Shown: one piece after another, positions 8,273 to 17,499 of the stretch
Position numbering within the stretch: the first letter of the stretch is position 1
Layout of the letters: each line of letters begins with the position of its first letter
Notes under the pieces: model-generated
The model's input: the letters and a program-made list of their open reading frames with translations, nothing else
Databases searched by the model: none
What the model was told of the DNA's origin: nothing
Assembly: GCA_030832065.1 (NCBI GenBank)
Contig: JAURJV010000058.1
Coordinates: 6,697-70,696 of the forward strand
DNA length: 64,000 nucleotides
Source: Rhodoluna sp.
GTDB taxonomy: Bacteria; Actinomycetota; Actinomycetes; Actinomycetales; Microbacteriaceae
Direction of reading: 5' to 3'
Program-made: the position numbers and the translations under genes

Positions 8273-9864
8273 GCCAACACCTGCTCAATGCTAACTAGCC
8301 CATCCGCTCGTGAGATCTGAGCCAGCTGAGAAGGTAGTTGAGACTTCCAGCCAAGCGCTTCAATTGGAGATTGGTCTGCGACTATTTGCCCAGCTTGCAG
8401 TTTTATTACCCGATCAGCTACTTCCGCTACAAACTCGACGTCATGGCTGGCTAGGACTATGGTCCGTTCAGGACTTCGAAGCAGCTGAAGCTGTTTGGCT
8501 AGAGCGCGTTTGGCAGCGTAATCCAAGCCTCTGGTCGGTTCATCAAGGATCAACACCTTGGCTTGTTTAGCCAACTGAATGGCCAGAACCAGGGCCAGTT
8601 GCTGTCCGGCGGAGAGGTCTCTCGGGTGGATTGAAGTGTCAATCCTTCCAGCCAACTGGGCGAAAAGGTTGGCTGTTGTCCCAGGCTCTACCTGCGCGAA
8701 AGTGTCTGACTCCTTCAGCTCATCAGCAAGGGAATGAAGGAAGAGCAAGTCGGCTGCACGCTGGGGAATCATGGCTACCAAATCCAGCCGAGCATCCCTA
8801 GCAAGTTCGGCAGTGTCCTGACCATCCAAAAGAACTGTCCCAGCACTTCTCTCACCTAAGCCTTGAATTGCCCAACAAAGGCTTGTCTTACCTGATCCGT
8901 TTTCGCCCATGATTGCGGTGACTTGATTGGCATACAGGTCAAGGTTGGTAGCAGACACCGCTGCAACATTTCCGAAAGTTACCTTCAAAGAGTCAATTTC
9001 AAGAATCTTTTTACCTGGCTCGTGCAATTTCTTTTCTTGAAAGTCCGGTGACTGCTTAGCCCATCTGGCGGCTGCATCTTCAGTTGAAATTGACAGTGGT
9101 TTCCAACCCAACATCGCCCCCAACTGAATTATTGGAGGAGCGAACCTTGCGTCATTGAACTGCGTAGCTGGATCTCCTTTAGTCACACTGCCATCGCCGT
9201 GAACTACCAGTACCGAATCAACTTCGGCAATTACCCTACTTATTCGGTGTTCTGCCAGAAGAATCGTCACACCACTTTCGTGGGCTAACTTTTTTAGTGA
9301 ACTCAGCACCTCGGTTGCGCCTGCGAAATCTAGCGCTGAAGTTGGTTCATCCAAAAGTAGGATCTTTTGACCAGCAACCAATGCTGCAGCTATGGCTACT
9401 CGCTGCTGTTGCCCACCCGAAAGGGTGGCTAGTGGTCGATAAAGTAAGTCGCCTATGTTGAGAATCTCAATAATCGGTTTTATACGATCATCTATCTCCG
9501 CTACTGGCATGCCAAGCTGCTCTGCGCCGTAGACGATTTCGTCTATGACGGTATCGGTGACAAAGAAACCCTCAGGTTGCTGATTTACAAAGCCAACCAG
9601 GTGGGCAAAGTCGTGGGGTTCTTTCCCCGTTAGGTCTTTGCCATCGAGGATTACCTCGCCAGAGAGCAGCCCACCGGTAAAACGAGGAGCTAAGCCATTG
9701 AGTGTCTTCAGTAGCGTGGACTTACCGCTGCCGGTTGGCCCACAAACCAAAACAAACTCCCCTTCGGCAACTTCAAGGTTTACCCGGTTTAGTTGCGGAG
9801 TTTCGGTTACCGGTGTTCCATCAGGCTTCAGGTAGCTAAAGGTGAGATCTCGAAGGGTAATCAA
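8269..9864 (-). CDS. ECF transporter duplicated ATPase (A-A' fusion)
   Basis: Two ABC domains (GPTGSGKS/LSGGQQQ/LLDEPT and GENGSGKT/LSAGQQ/ILDEPT). Likely start is TTG 9864, overlapping the T-component stop; the ORF track starts at 9924. Confidence 0.9.
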   Translation of the reverse strand: MITLRDLTFSYLKPDGTPVTETPQLNRVNLEVAEGEFVLVCGPTGSGKSTLLKTLNGLAPRFTGGLLSGEVILDGKDLTGKEPHDFAHLVGFVNQQPEGFFVTDTVIDEIVYGAEQLGMPVAEIDDRIKPIIEILNIGDLLYRPLATLSGGQQQRVAIAAALVAGQKILLLDEPTSALDFAGATEVLSSLKKLAHESGVTILLAEHRISRVIAEVDSVLVVHGDGSVTKGDPATQFNDARFAPPIIQLGAMLGWKPLSISTEDAAARWAKQSPDFQEKKLHEPGKKILEIDSLKVTFGNVAAVSATNLDLYANQVTAIMGENGSGKTSLCWAIQGLGERSAGTVLLDGQDTAELARDARLDLVAMIPQRAADLLFLHSLADELKESDTFAQVEPGTTANLFAQLAGRIDTSIHPRDLSAGQQLALVLAIQLAKQAKVLILDEPTRGLDYAAKRALAKQLQLLRSPERTIVLASHDVEFVAEVADRVIKLQAGQIVADQSPIEALGWKSQLPSQLAQISRADGLVSIEQVLA

Positions 9865-10826
9865 AATTGCAGCACCCCCGTAAATGCACTGACTAGGAGC
9901 GCAGCTGTGAGGGCAAAGAGGCAATAGTCCCCAGATTGGAAGGCTTGCTTGCGATACTTGGTCCGCAGCGAGCCTAAAGCAGACATCTTTATATACACAA
10001 CAGCAAAAGCCAATCCGGCTATGGCAATGCTCAAATCCAGAACCTGGGTGGTTGGTGTAATAAGAAGGAGAAAGACTCCGACGGCGATCATGGTGATTGC
10101 TGCCAAACCGGTGAACCTAGTGATTTTTAAAGCCATTTTGCTGCGCTGGCCTTTTCGCCCAAAACCTCGGGCTGACATGCTGGCGGCCAGTGACATGGAC
10201 TGGTCTATCGTGTCTTCCAGCACTGGGATTACCAGGCCAGGTAGGGCTCTAATTCCTTTAGATTGCCCACGCAAACCTCTGACTCTGCGAACTCGGTTGA
10301 GGCTGGCAATTAACTGGGGAGCAAGGTTAATTGCGATAGATATAGCAGTAGCGATTTCGTAAAGAGCACCCGGAGTAGATTTCAAGAGTTTCATCGGGTT
10401 GGCCAGAGAGTTGGCCATGCCAACCGCAAGGATGATAGCTGCCAGTCTGAGTCCATCGGTCAGGGCAGATTGAAATGAGAGTGCCGAGATAGAACCAAAG
10501 AGTTTTAGTGAAACACCTTCAGCTAATGTGAGGTTGATCTCTGGAAGTACCAGCAGGGGATTGGCTGGAGATGATTCAAGGTTGAAGATGATTCGGAACA
10601 AAACACGGATAGCCACCACAGCGGCGGCGAGCTTCAGATAAAAACTAACCGATCTGGACCAAGCTGACTCATCTCTGAAGGCCAGTACCAGGAGCATGCT
10701 CACTGCGCCGATGGCAAACAAGACTAATGGTGTTGCCGAGAGCGAAGCGGTAATTGCTAAGGCCAACCCGAGCAACCACCAGGTTGCCGGATGAGTTTTA
10801 CTAACCGATAAAAAACTATTTTTCAC
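9861..10826 (-). CDS. ECF transporter T component
   Basis: HPATWW N-terminus and coupling-helix motifs LRG and ARGFG. Confidence 0.88.
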   Translation of the reverse strand: MKNSFLSVSKTHPATWWLLGLALAITASLSATPLVLFAIGAVSMLLVLAFRDESAWSRSVSFYLKLAAAVVAIRVLFRIIFNLESSPANPLLVLPEINLTLAEGVSLKLFGSISALSFQSALTDGLRLAAIILAVGMANSLANPMKLLKSTPGALYEIATAISIAINLAPQLIASLNRVRRVRGLRGQSKGIRALPGLVIPVLEDTIDQSMSLAASMSARGFGRKGQRSKMALKITRFTGLAAITMIAVGVFLLLITPTTQVLDLSIAIAGLAFAVVYIKMSALGSLRTKYRKQAFQSGDYCLFALTAALLVSAFTGVLQF

Positions 10827-11340
10827 AGCTGGTCTTCACCGGTGTCACTCTTGGAGCTTCAGAGAACTCTTCTCCCGGCAGCAGGAAACGCCAACCCTCG
10901 GTCTGTCCACATTTAGCTTTATGTGAACTGGCACCGTAGTTGCTGTATTTCCAGGTTTGATCTTCAGCTAGATAAAAAGCCCAAGAACCATTTGTTGTGC
11001 CTGGTGTTTCAATGCAGGCCTCAACCTTCTGGTCAGGGAAGTCCTCAATCCGACAGACGAAGCCAACTGGGTATTTTTCAGTTCCAGTGATTTTCAGTCC
11101 AGCTGCCTCGAACAAATCCCATGAGTTACCTTGGTAGTTCTGAACACATCTAGTAATAGTGCTCATCGGATTACCTGTGCCAAAGTCAACAACCAGCGAA
11201 GTGCCTTCACCTTCGCAAAGCCCCTCGGTTGAAGTTGCTTTTGGAAGAGCACTCTCACCGCTTTGCTGCTGGGATAGCCAGAAGCCAGCGGCGGTAAGAG
11301 TCACCAATCCAATCAAAGTAAGACGAACGAACAGTCTCAT
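10816..11340 (-). CDS. Exported protein resembling the DUF4430 / transcobalamin C-terminal beta domain
   Basis: N-terminal signal/anchor; LVVDFG, GFVCRI, WAFY, WKYSNYGA, EGWRF motifs; lies in the B12-regulated operon. Confidence 0.6.
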   Translation of the reverse strand: MRLFVRLTLIGLVTLTAAGFWLSQQQSGESALPKATSTEGLCEGEGTSLVVDFGTGNPMSTITRCVQNYQGNSWDLFEAAGLKITGTEKYPVGFVCRIEDFPDQKVEACIETPGTTNGSWAFYLAEDQTWKYSNYGASSHKAKCGQTEGWRFLLPGEEFSEAPRVTPVKTSCEK

Positions 11341-11344
11341 CTGA

Positions 11345-12298
11345 CTAGTTTTTTAGTTGATTTAGGATGTCTAAGAAGTTCAGGTCTGAAAGCGGCAGAA
11401 TCGACTGCAGTGTGCTGAATGTATCCGAGTCCGGTTCAGTCCACGGTGCGGTAACGCCAGAGTCTGCTGGATTGATTCGCCCCTTTAGCCATTTGATGTA
11501 TTCATCGTTGGGTTCACCAAGTGCCTTAAGCGCCATGGTGCCGTAGGCAGTTCCGCTCACGTCAACATCACCGTAACCAAACCAGTGGTTTTTAGTTTTC
11601 GCATAGGTAGCTAGCCAACTCTTAGCTCGGCCAAGCGCAAATGTTTTAGCTGCCTCATCTTCGCTTGATCCAAAACCTTCGGTTGCCTTAAGTCCCATGA
11701 CTGCAAAACCAGTCACGTCTGCAGTGGCCGGACCAGATATGTCTCCGGTTGTGTATTTGTAGCCACCGTTATTTTCGGATTTGCCAAATAGATTCATTGC
11801 AACTGTATTTGCTAATTTTTCTTCACCCGATGCAGCCAAACCTAGAATTACCCAACAGTAAGAGAAGTTGTTGGTATCTTTTATTTCCCCATTCTCATCG
11901 ATGTCTTCTTTGAGACTTGTCAAAATAGGGCTCACGGTTGAATCACTCTCAAAGCCGAGAGCGAATGCAGTAAATAGGTATTCCCCTCGAAGACCTGGAC
12001 TGTTAACCAAGTTGGTGTTCGAAGTTAGCCAGTCAATCGCTTTGCTTTGCTTTTGGCGATCGTATCCAACTCCACTTAGTTGAACCATTGCTTCCATGGT
12101 TGCTCCAACATCTGCTCGTGGTGGATCGTATGGAGCTATGTATTCACCTTGTTTGAATTTTTCAAATAGGAAGGAGCTGGTTTTTGGATTTAAGTCTTTT
12201 CCATAACCTTGACTGGAACAGGCACCAAGCCCAATCAGTAAAGTTGATGCAATGGCTAAGGCCAATGCTTTTCTGAATGTTTTGTTTAAAGTTGACAT
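11345..12298 (-). CDS. Lipoprotein with prenyltransferase/squalene-oxidase-like alpha-alpha barrel repeats, putative cobalamin-binding
   Basis: Start ATG 12298 (MSTLNKTFRK...LLIGLGAC lipobox). Repeated helical motifs GGYKY, ADVTGFAVMGL, DVSGTAYGTMAL, DTFSTLQSI. First gene after the riboswitch. Confidence 0.7.
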   Translation of the reverse strand: MSTLNKTFRKALALAIASTLLIGLGACSSQGYGKDLNPKTSSFLFEKFKQGEYIAPYDPPRADVGATMEAMVQLSGVGYDRQKQSKAIDWLTSNTNLVNSPGLRGEYLFTAFALGFESDSTVSPILTSLKEDIDENGEIKDTNNFSYCWVILGLAASGEEKLANTVAMNLFGKSENNGGYKYTTGDISGPATADVTGFAVMGLKATEGFGSSEDEAAKTFALGRAKSWLATYAKTKNHWFGYGDVDVSGTAYGTMALKALGEPNDEYIKWLKGRINPADSGVTAPWTEPDSDTFSTLQSILPLSDLNFLDILNQLKN

Positions 12299-12389
12299 CG
12301 CAATTCTTTCTAGTTTGCGATCCAAGTGCGACGACGAGTACTTTGCTACTCGGCTCCACCCGTAGACCACGACGGTTATTTTTAGGAGT

Positions 12390-12500
12390 CTTTGAATTGA
12401 CAGGCATTCCGACTCATTTCAAAAGCTTGAAATTCACGGTTGCGGGTCAGCATCGGGTTTTCACCGATTTTCCCTATCAAAACAAATGCACTGATTTACT
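12390..12500 (-). promoter_or_regulatory. Cobalamin riboswitch (short, class II-like)
   Basis: Minus strand reads ttgatAGGGAAaatcGGTGAAAAcccgatGCTGaCCCGCAACcGTG...GAGTCGGAatgCCTGtcaa: canonical core, B12 box and closing ttgatagg/cctgtcaa stem. Confidence 0.92.
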
Positions 12501-12719
12501 AGCGCTGGATAACACTAGCAGTCCAGCCGGGCCGGGGGTGCCAAAGCCCCGATTTATAGGGGTTTTTGGCCATGTTTCGGGCTTGTAAAGAAATGTAACG
12601 ATTTGGGTAATACCCCCTGTTTAGTGTCAGTAATTGGTTGTAGAGTCTAACTACCCAAGGAACATGTGGGTCGAGTCGTAGTACTCGAAACTCGTGCTCC
12701 CCATTAACAAGGAGAAACA

Positions 12720-14726
12720 ATGAAGAAAACTATGATTAAGGGTTTTGCTCTTGTCGCAGCTTCAGTTCTCGGTGTCACAGGGCTTAGCCTTGCGCCTGCG
12801 AATGCATCTGCCGCAAACAAGACCATGGTCGTGCAGGAGAGTAACGCCCTTTCGGGTCTTAACACTGCAGTTAATGGTTTTAACTTGCTAACCAACTCGG
12901 ACGTACTTGGTCCAACAGGTGCAGGTTTCACCTATTACAACAACAAGGCGCAGCTTGTTCGCAACACTGCCTTTGGAACATTTAAGATCACAAAGAACGA
13001 CTGTGGAAGCACTCCTTCCTTCGGTTGTTTCAAGGTCACCTACACAGTAAAGAAGGGTCTGAAGTACTCAGACGGAACTCTGATTACTGCTCAGGATCTT
13101 CTTCTAAGCCACGCAATCTCAAGCTCTGATTACTCAATCAAAGCTGGTTTGGGTGACCCTAGTGAGGGAACTGCAAAGTTCGACTCAGCTGGTTACGGAG
13201 GAGCTTACGATGACCACACTCGCGCAGAGTCATTCGATCTAAGCGATGACAACTTCTCAGTTACTGTCAGCTATGACGCATTCCAGCCAGACTGGCAGGT
13301 ATTCGGTCCTGGTCCTGGTGCAGTACACGCGATGGTTGGTATTGCCAAGGGTAAGAAGACTTTCCAGACAGCACGCACAAACGCAACCTACAAGTCACTT
13401 TTCGAAGAGGCTTACTATGGTTCGATTGCAACTCTTCCTTCACAGTCAGACCCTGACTACGAGGACGAGCTAGGCGCGCGTGACGACGCCCGTGCATTGA
13501 TGAAGAAAATTGCAGCTAAGTGGTCAACTGTATGGAACATCACTACTGTTAACTCATCAACCAACCCACTGTTGTTGATCTCAAACGGTACCTTCAGGCT
13601 GGAGTCATGTACTTCAACTGGTTGTACTTTGGTCAAGAACCCTAACGGAAACATTGGTGGTGCTCCTAAGCAGACCGGTAACCTTGAGAAGATGATTTTC
13701 AAGTTCACTGCTGGAACTCTAGATGACACCGCTGTTGGCCAGGCTATTGCTGCGGGTACTGTAGACATCTACTCAGGTGCTGCAACCTCTTCATTCTGGT
13801 CAGTAGTTAACAACGCTTCTGGTGTAACTGCATTCAAGGGCAACGTACTAACCTACGAGCACCTTGACTTGAGAACAGGTAACTCAATATTCCCAATGGC
13901 TCCTGACAACATCAAGACCATTGAAGGAAGCACAGTTAACTGTGACGCAGACTACAACGGTCCGTTCGCTGGTAACAGTCAGCAGGCTAAGGATCTACGT
14001 AAGGCATTCATGCTGATCGTTCCTCGCCAGACTATTGCTAACAACTACATCGGTAAGGTCTTCGACCCTGCCTTCTCAGGTAACTCACCTGTCCTAAACA
14101 GCTTGTTCTCATTGACAACTGAGGGTGACTACGCGAAGGTAACTGCTGGTTCAAGCGCTTACTTGACTGATTTGAACAAGGACCAGACAACTCGCGTTGC
14201 TCTAGCCCTAGCTCTAGTCAAGAAGTACTACCCATCAGCGGCCGCAGGTAGCGACAGCTTCACTGTTAAGTTGCTAACTAGCTCTCGTCCAAGCCGTGTT
14301 GCAAACGCGGGTCTAATGACAACCGAAGCAGCCAAGGCTGGTATCAAGGTTGAGCACTACATCCGTTCAACATGGAGCTCAGAGCTAGACTGTAACTTCT
14401 TCGACGCAGCTGAATTCGCTTGGGTAAAGACTGGTCTATCACAGACCGGAACTAACCCACAGTACGAATCAGACGGTGGAAACAACAGCGCTGGCTGGAA
14501 CGACTCAACCCTAGACACACTTCTAGGCGAGTTCGAGAAGCTACAGACTGCTACTTCGCTGATCACTACAAAGATCAACGCTGAGAAGCGTCTATGGTCT
14601 AACTACTACTCACTACCTATGTACCAGTGGCCAGGTGCTTCTGCGTGGAACAGTGACTTGAAGAACATTCTTCCAAGCCCACTTGCTCCAAACGTAACCT
14701 GGAACTACTGGCAGATTGGTTACTAA
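12720..14726 (+). CDS. oppA: ABC transporter substrate-binding protein, family 5 (oligo/dipeptide)
   Basis: KYSDGTLITAQDLL, YEHLDL, LPMYQWP, NVTWNYWQ motifs; AAGGAG SD; precedes oppBC. Confidence 0.85.
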   Translation: MKKTMIKGFALVAASVLGVTGLSLAPANASAANKTMVVQESNALSGLNTAVNGFNLLTNSDVLGPTGAGFTYYNNKAQLVRNTAFGTFKITKNDCGSTPSFGCFKVTYTVKKGLKYSDGTLITAQDLLLSHAISSSDYSIKAGLGDPSEGTAKFDSAGYGGAYDDHTRAESFDLSDDNFSVTVSYDAFQPDWQVFGPGPGAVHAMVGIAKGKKTFQTARTNATYKSLFEEAYYGSIATLPSQSDPDYEDELGARDDARALMKKIAAKWSTVWNITTVNSSTNPLLLISNGTFRLESCTSTGCTLVKNPNGNIGGAPKQTGNLEKMIFKFTAGTLDDTAVGQAIAAGTVDIYSGAATSSFWSVVNNASGVTAFKGNVLTYEHLDLRTGNSIFPMAPDNIKTIEGSTVNCDADYNGPFAGNSQQAKDLRKAFMLIVPRQTIANNYIGKVFDPAFSGNSPVLNSLFSLTTEGDYAKVTAGSSAYLTDLNKDQTTRVALALALVKKYYPSAAAGSDSFTVKLLTSSRPSRVANAGLMTTEAAKAGIKVEHYIRSTWSSELDCNFFDAAEFAWVKTGLSQTGTNPQYESDGGNNSAGWNDSTLDTLLGEFEKLQTATSLITTKINAEKRLWSNYYSLPMYQWPGASAWNSDLKNILPSPLAPNVTWNYWQIGY

Positions 14727-14806
14727 TTTAGGGTTATCCCTAAATTAGGTAGTTGATTTACCAATTACTGGTGGCATCCCGCAAGGGGTGCCACCAGTAA
14801 TCTTTT
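14723..14806 (+). terminator. Two tandem hairpins after the SBP gene (mRNA stabiliser/terminator)
   Basis: ctaatttaggg-ttat-ccctaaattag (14723-14748) and attactggtggcatccc-gcaa-ggggtgccaccagtaat plus T-run (14764-14806). Confidence 0.75.
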
Positions 14807-14884
14807 AAGCCCTAAACCCTTTTCCAAAGGTGAATCTGGGGGGTCAAATCTAGTAGAGTTGTAAAGTATCCCGATACGTAGAAA

Positions 14885-16429
14885 GTGAAAACGCACGTGC
14901 TCGCATATATTGGTCGAAGAATATCTATTGCTCTTCTAATTCTTTTTGGTTCCACATACCTCACCTACAACTTGGCTGCCTATTCGGGTGACCCACTTGC
15001 AGGTATTCGTGAATCTACGGATCCGAAAAAAGAAGCAATCATGGCTGAGCTCAGTCGCTTCTATCAGCTTGATGTGCCACCACCAGCTAGATACTTCCTC
15101 TGGATTCAGAAAATATTCGGTATTGGTACCGGTCAGATTGACTTTGGTTTGACTGCGAAACGTTTATCTGTTCTAGACGAGATCTCTGCCGCAATCCCAA
15201 CCACCCTGCGTCTGGTCACTGTGGCAACTTTCTTAGCTATTATCCTGGGAATCACTTTCGGTGTGCTGAGCGCTATTCGTCAGTACTCGCGACTTGACTA
15301 CACACTCACTTTCCTATCGTTCTTCCTGTTCTCGCTTCCAATTTTCTGGGTCGCAGTTATGTTGAAGGAATACTTAGTTATTCAGTTCAACACTTTCTTG
15401 GAAGACCCCACGATAAATATTGTTTCTAATCTCCTGATATCCGCGGTGTTGGCTGTAGTGATCACCGGATTTGTCAGTGGAACCAGAAAGAGAGTTCTCA
15501 TAACTTGGGGAGCAACCTTTGCAATCCTGATGGTTGTACTTCAGATAGCCAGCCTGATCTCTTGGTTCAGACAGCCTTCCTTGGGCATCTTCGGAGTTGC
15601 TATCCTCGGTATCTCAACCTCTGTTGGACTAACTCACGTGTTTGCAGGCCTTGGTAACAAGAAAGCACTCTATGCCGGTCTTGCTGCCACTGGTGTTGGA
15701 GTAGCTTTCTACTACCCATTCGGTCAAATCATGAATGCTAGTGGAAACTATGCACTGTTTGGTGGCCTAGCCCTTCTGATGCTTTCGATGAGCTACTTCA
15801 TTGGTTACTTCTTCACCAAGATCGACAAGGGTCCGGTTATCCGAAGCGCAATGCTCTCGGCGTTCTTTGTGTCGTTCTTCGTTGTCGTAGACAAGTTCAT
15901 GCAAGCCTGGGCTCCCTACTACACGCTGACTGACGGTAAGCCTATGCAGACTGACGGTGCATACAACCTGACATTGGAGACCAATGACTTTTGGGTACTG
16001 AATCTAGACCTGATCACCCACTTGGCTCTTCCGACTCTGGCCCTTACCCTCATCTCGTTTGCGGGTTACCTGCGTTACTCTCGTGCTTCATTGCTAGAGG
16101 TTCTAAACATGGACTACGTGAGAACAGCTAGAGCTAAGGGTATGCCAGAGCGTGAAGTTATCCTTCGTCACGCTTTCCGTAACTCAATGTTGCCGCTAAC
16201 CACGCTTGTCGCTTTCGACATTGCTGGAATCGTTGGTGGAGCGATTATTACTGAACGTGTATTCAGCTGGAGAGGTATGGGAAGCCTCGCTAACGAAGCG
16301 ATTGTCAACCAGGACCTGAACCTGCTAATGGCTACATTTGCGATCACTGCGTTCCTAGCAGTTATGGCAACACTGGTAGCTGACCTCCTTTACTCTGTCC
16401 TTGACCCTCGAATTAGAATCAGAAAGTAA
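14885..16429 (+). CDS. oppB: Oligopeptide ABC permease (OppB/DppB type, with extra TM insert)
   Basis: DYVRTARAKG, HAFRNS, LLYSVLDPRIR motifs. Confidence 0.9.
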   Translation: MKTHVLAYIGRRISIALLILFGSTYLTYNLAAYSGDPLAGIRESTDPKKEAIMAELSRFYQLDVPPPARYFLWIQKIFGIGTGQIDFGLTAKRLSVLDEISAAIPTTLRLVTVATFLAIILGITFGVLSAIRQYSRLDYTLTFLSFFLFSLPIFWVAVMLKEYLVIQFNTFLEDPTINIVSNLLISAVLAVVITGFVSGTRKRVLITWGATFAILMVVLQIASLISWFRQPSLGIFGVAILGISTSVGLTHVFAGLGNKKALYAGLAATGVGVAFYYPFGQIMNASGNYALFGGLALLMLSMSYFIGYFFTKIDKGPVIRSAMLSAFFVSFFVVVDKFMQAWAPYYTLTDGKPMQTDGAYNLTLETNDFWVLNLDLITHLALPTLALTLISFAGYLRYSRASLLEVLNMDYVRTARAKGMPEREVILRHAFRNSMLPLTTLVAFDIAGIVGGAIITERVFSWRGMGSLANEAIVNQDLNLLMATFAITAFLAVMATLVADLLYSVLDPRIRIRK

Positions 16430-16437
16430 GTTATCTA

Positions 16438-17481
16438 ATGGCGATTAATTCAAAGAAAACAAAGAAAGCTGCTGCAGAAGTAGAGCAGAACAGCGAAGTT
16501 GGTAAAGACGTAATCCAGATTCAGGGATTGAGTCAGGGCCAAATCATCCGCAAAAAGTTCTTTGCTCACAAACCAGCTGTTGCCGGACTCATTTTCATGA
16601 TTCTGTTCACTCTGTTTGTGTTCTCAGCCTCAGGTATTCACCTCGGCAGCGAAAAGGACCCATTCACCATTCAGGGTTGGTGGAAGTTCGCCCACACTGA
16701 CACGATTCTGACTTCAGACTGCCCGACTGGATGTCCAACCTGGAATCACCCGATGGGTTACGTACCAACCCAGGCTAAGGATTACTTTGCCTTGGTAATG
16801 CGTGGATCTGAAATTTCACTCATGGTGATGGTGGTTATTGGATCTCTAGGTGGCCTAATCGGAACCGTAATGGGTTCAGTCTCAGGATTCTTCGGTGGAA
16901 TTATCGATGCAGTGATGATGCGCTTCACTGACTTCATCATTACTGTTCCTTCAATCCTTATCGGAGCGGTTATTGGTTACCGCATGGGTAACCTCGGTGT
17001 ATTGCCACTGGCTGTGTTCCTCGGTCTTTTCGCTTGGACTGGTCTTACCCGTTTGGTGCGTGGTGAGTTCTTGTCACTTCGCGAAAGAGAATTCGTTGAT
17101 GCCGCTCGAGTCGCAGGAGCTTCTAATACAAGAATCATCTTCAAGCACATTCTGCCTAACTCGGTTGGTGTAATCATCGTTTCAACAACCTTGTTGCTTT
17201 CAGGTGCGATCTTGACCGAGACCGGTCTTTCGTTCTTGGGCTTCGGTGTTCAGTATCCGGATGTGTCGCTGGGTGTTCTGATTAGCGAGCACCAGGGTGA
17301 GTTCATTTATGCACCGTGGTTGTTCTGGTGGCCAGGTGTCATCATCGTAGCTATCGCATTGAGCATCAACTTTATTGGAGATGGTTTGCGCGACGCATTC
17401 GACCCTAGACAACGCAGGCAACTAAAGCGCAAGGATTACTTGGCTAAAACCAGTACTCGTGACGCTGTCAACAAGAAGTAA
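16438..17481 (+). CDS. oppC: Oligopeptide ABC permease (OppC/DppC type)
   Basis: REFVDAARVAGAS, HILPN, GDGLRDAFDPR motifs. Confidence 0.92.
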   Translation: MAINSKKTKKAAAEVEQNSEVGKDVIQIQGLSQGQIIRKKFFAHKPAVAGLIFMILFTLFVFSASGIHLGSEKDPFTIQGWWKFAHTDTILTSDCPTGCPTWNHPMGYVPTQAKDYFALVMRGSEISLMVMVVIGSLGGLIGTVMGSVSGFFGGIIDAVMMRFTDFIITVPSILIGAVIGYRMGNLGVLPLAVFLGLFAWTGLTRLVRGEFLSLREREFVDAARVAGASNTRIIFKHILPNSVGVIIVSTTLLLSGAILTETGLSFLGFGVQYPDVSLGVLISEHQGEFIYAPWLFWWPGVIIVAIALSINFIGDGLRDAFDPRQRRQLKRKDYLAKTSTRDAVNKK

Positions 17482-17499
17482 ATAGGACTAAGGAAGATT

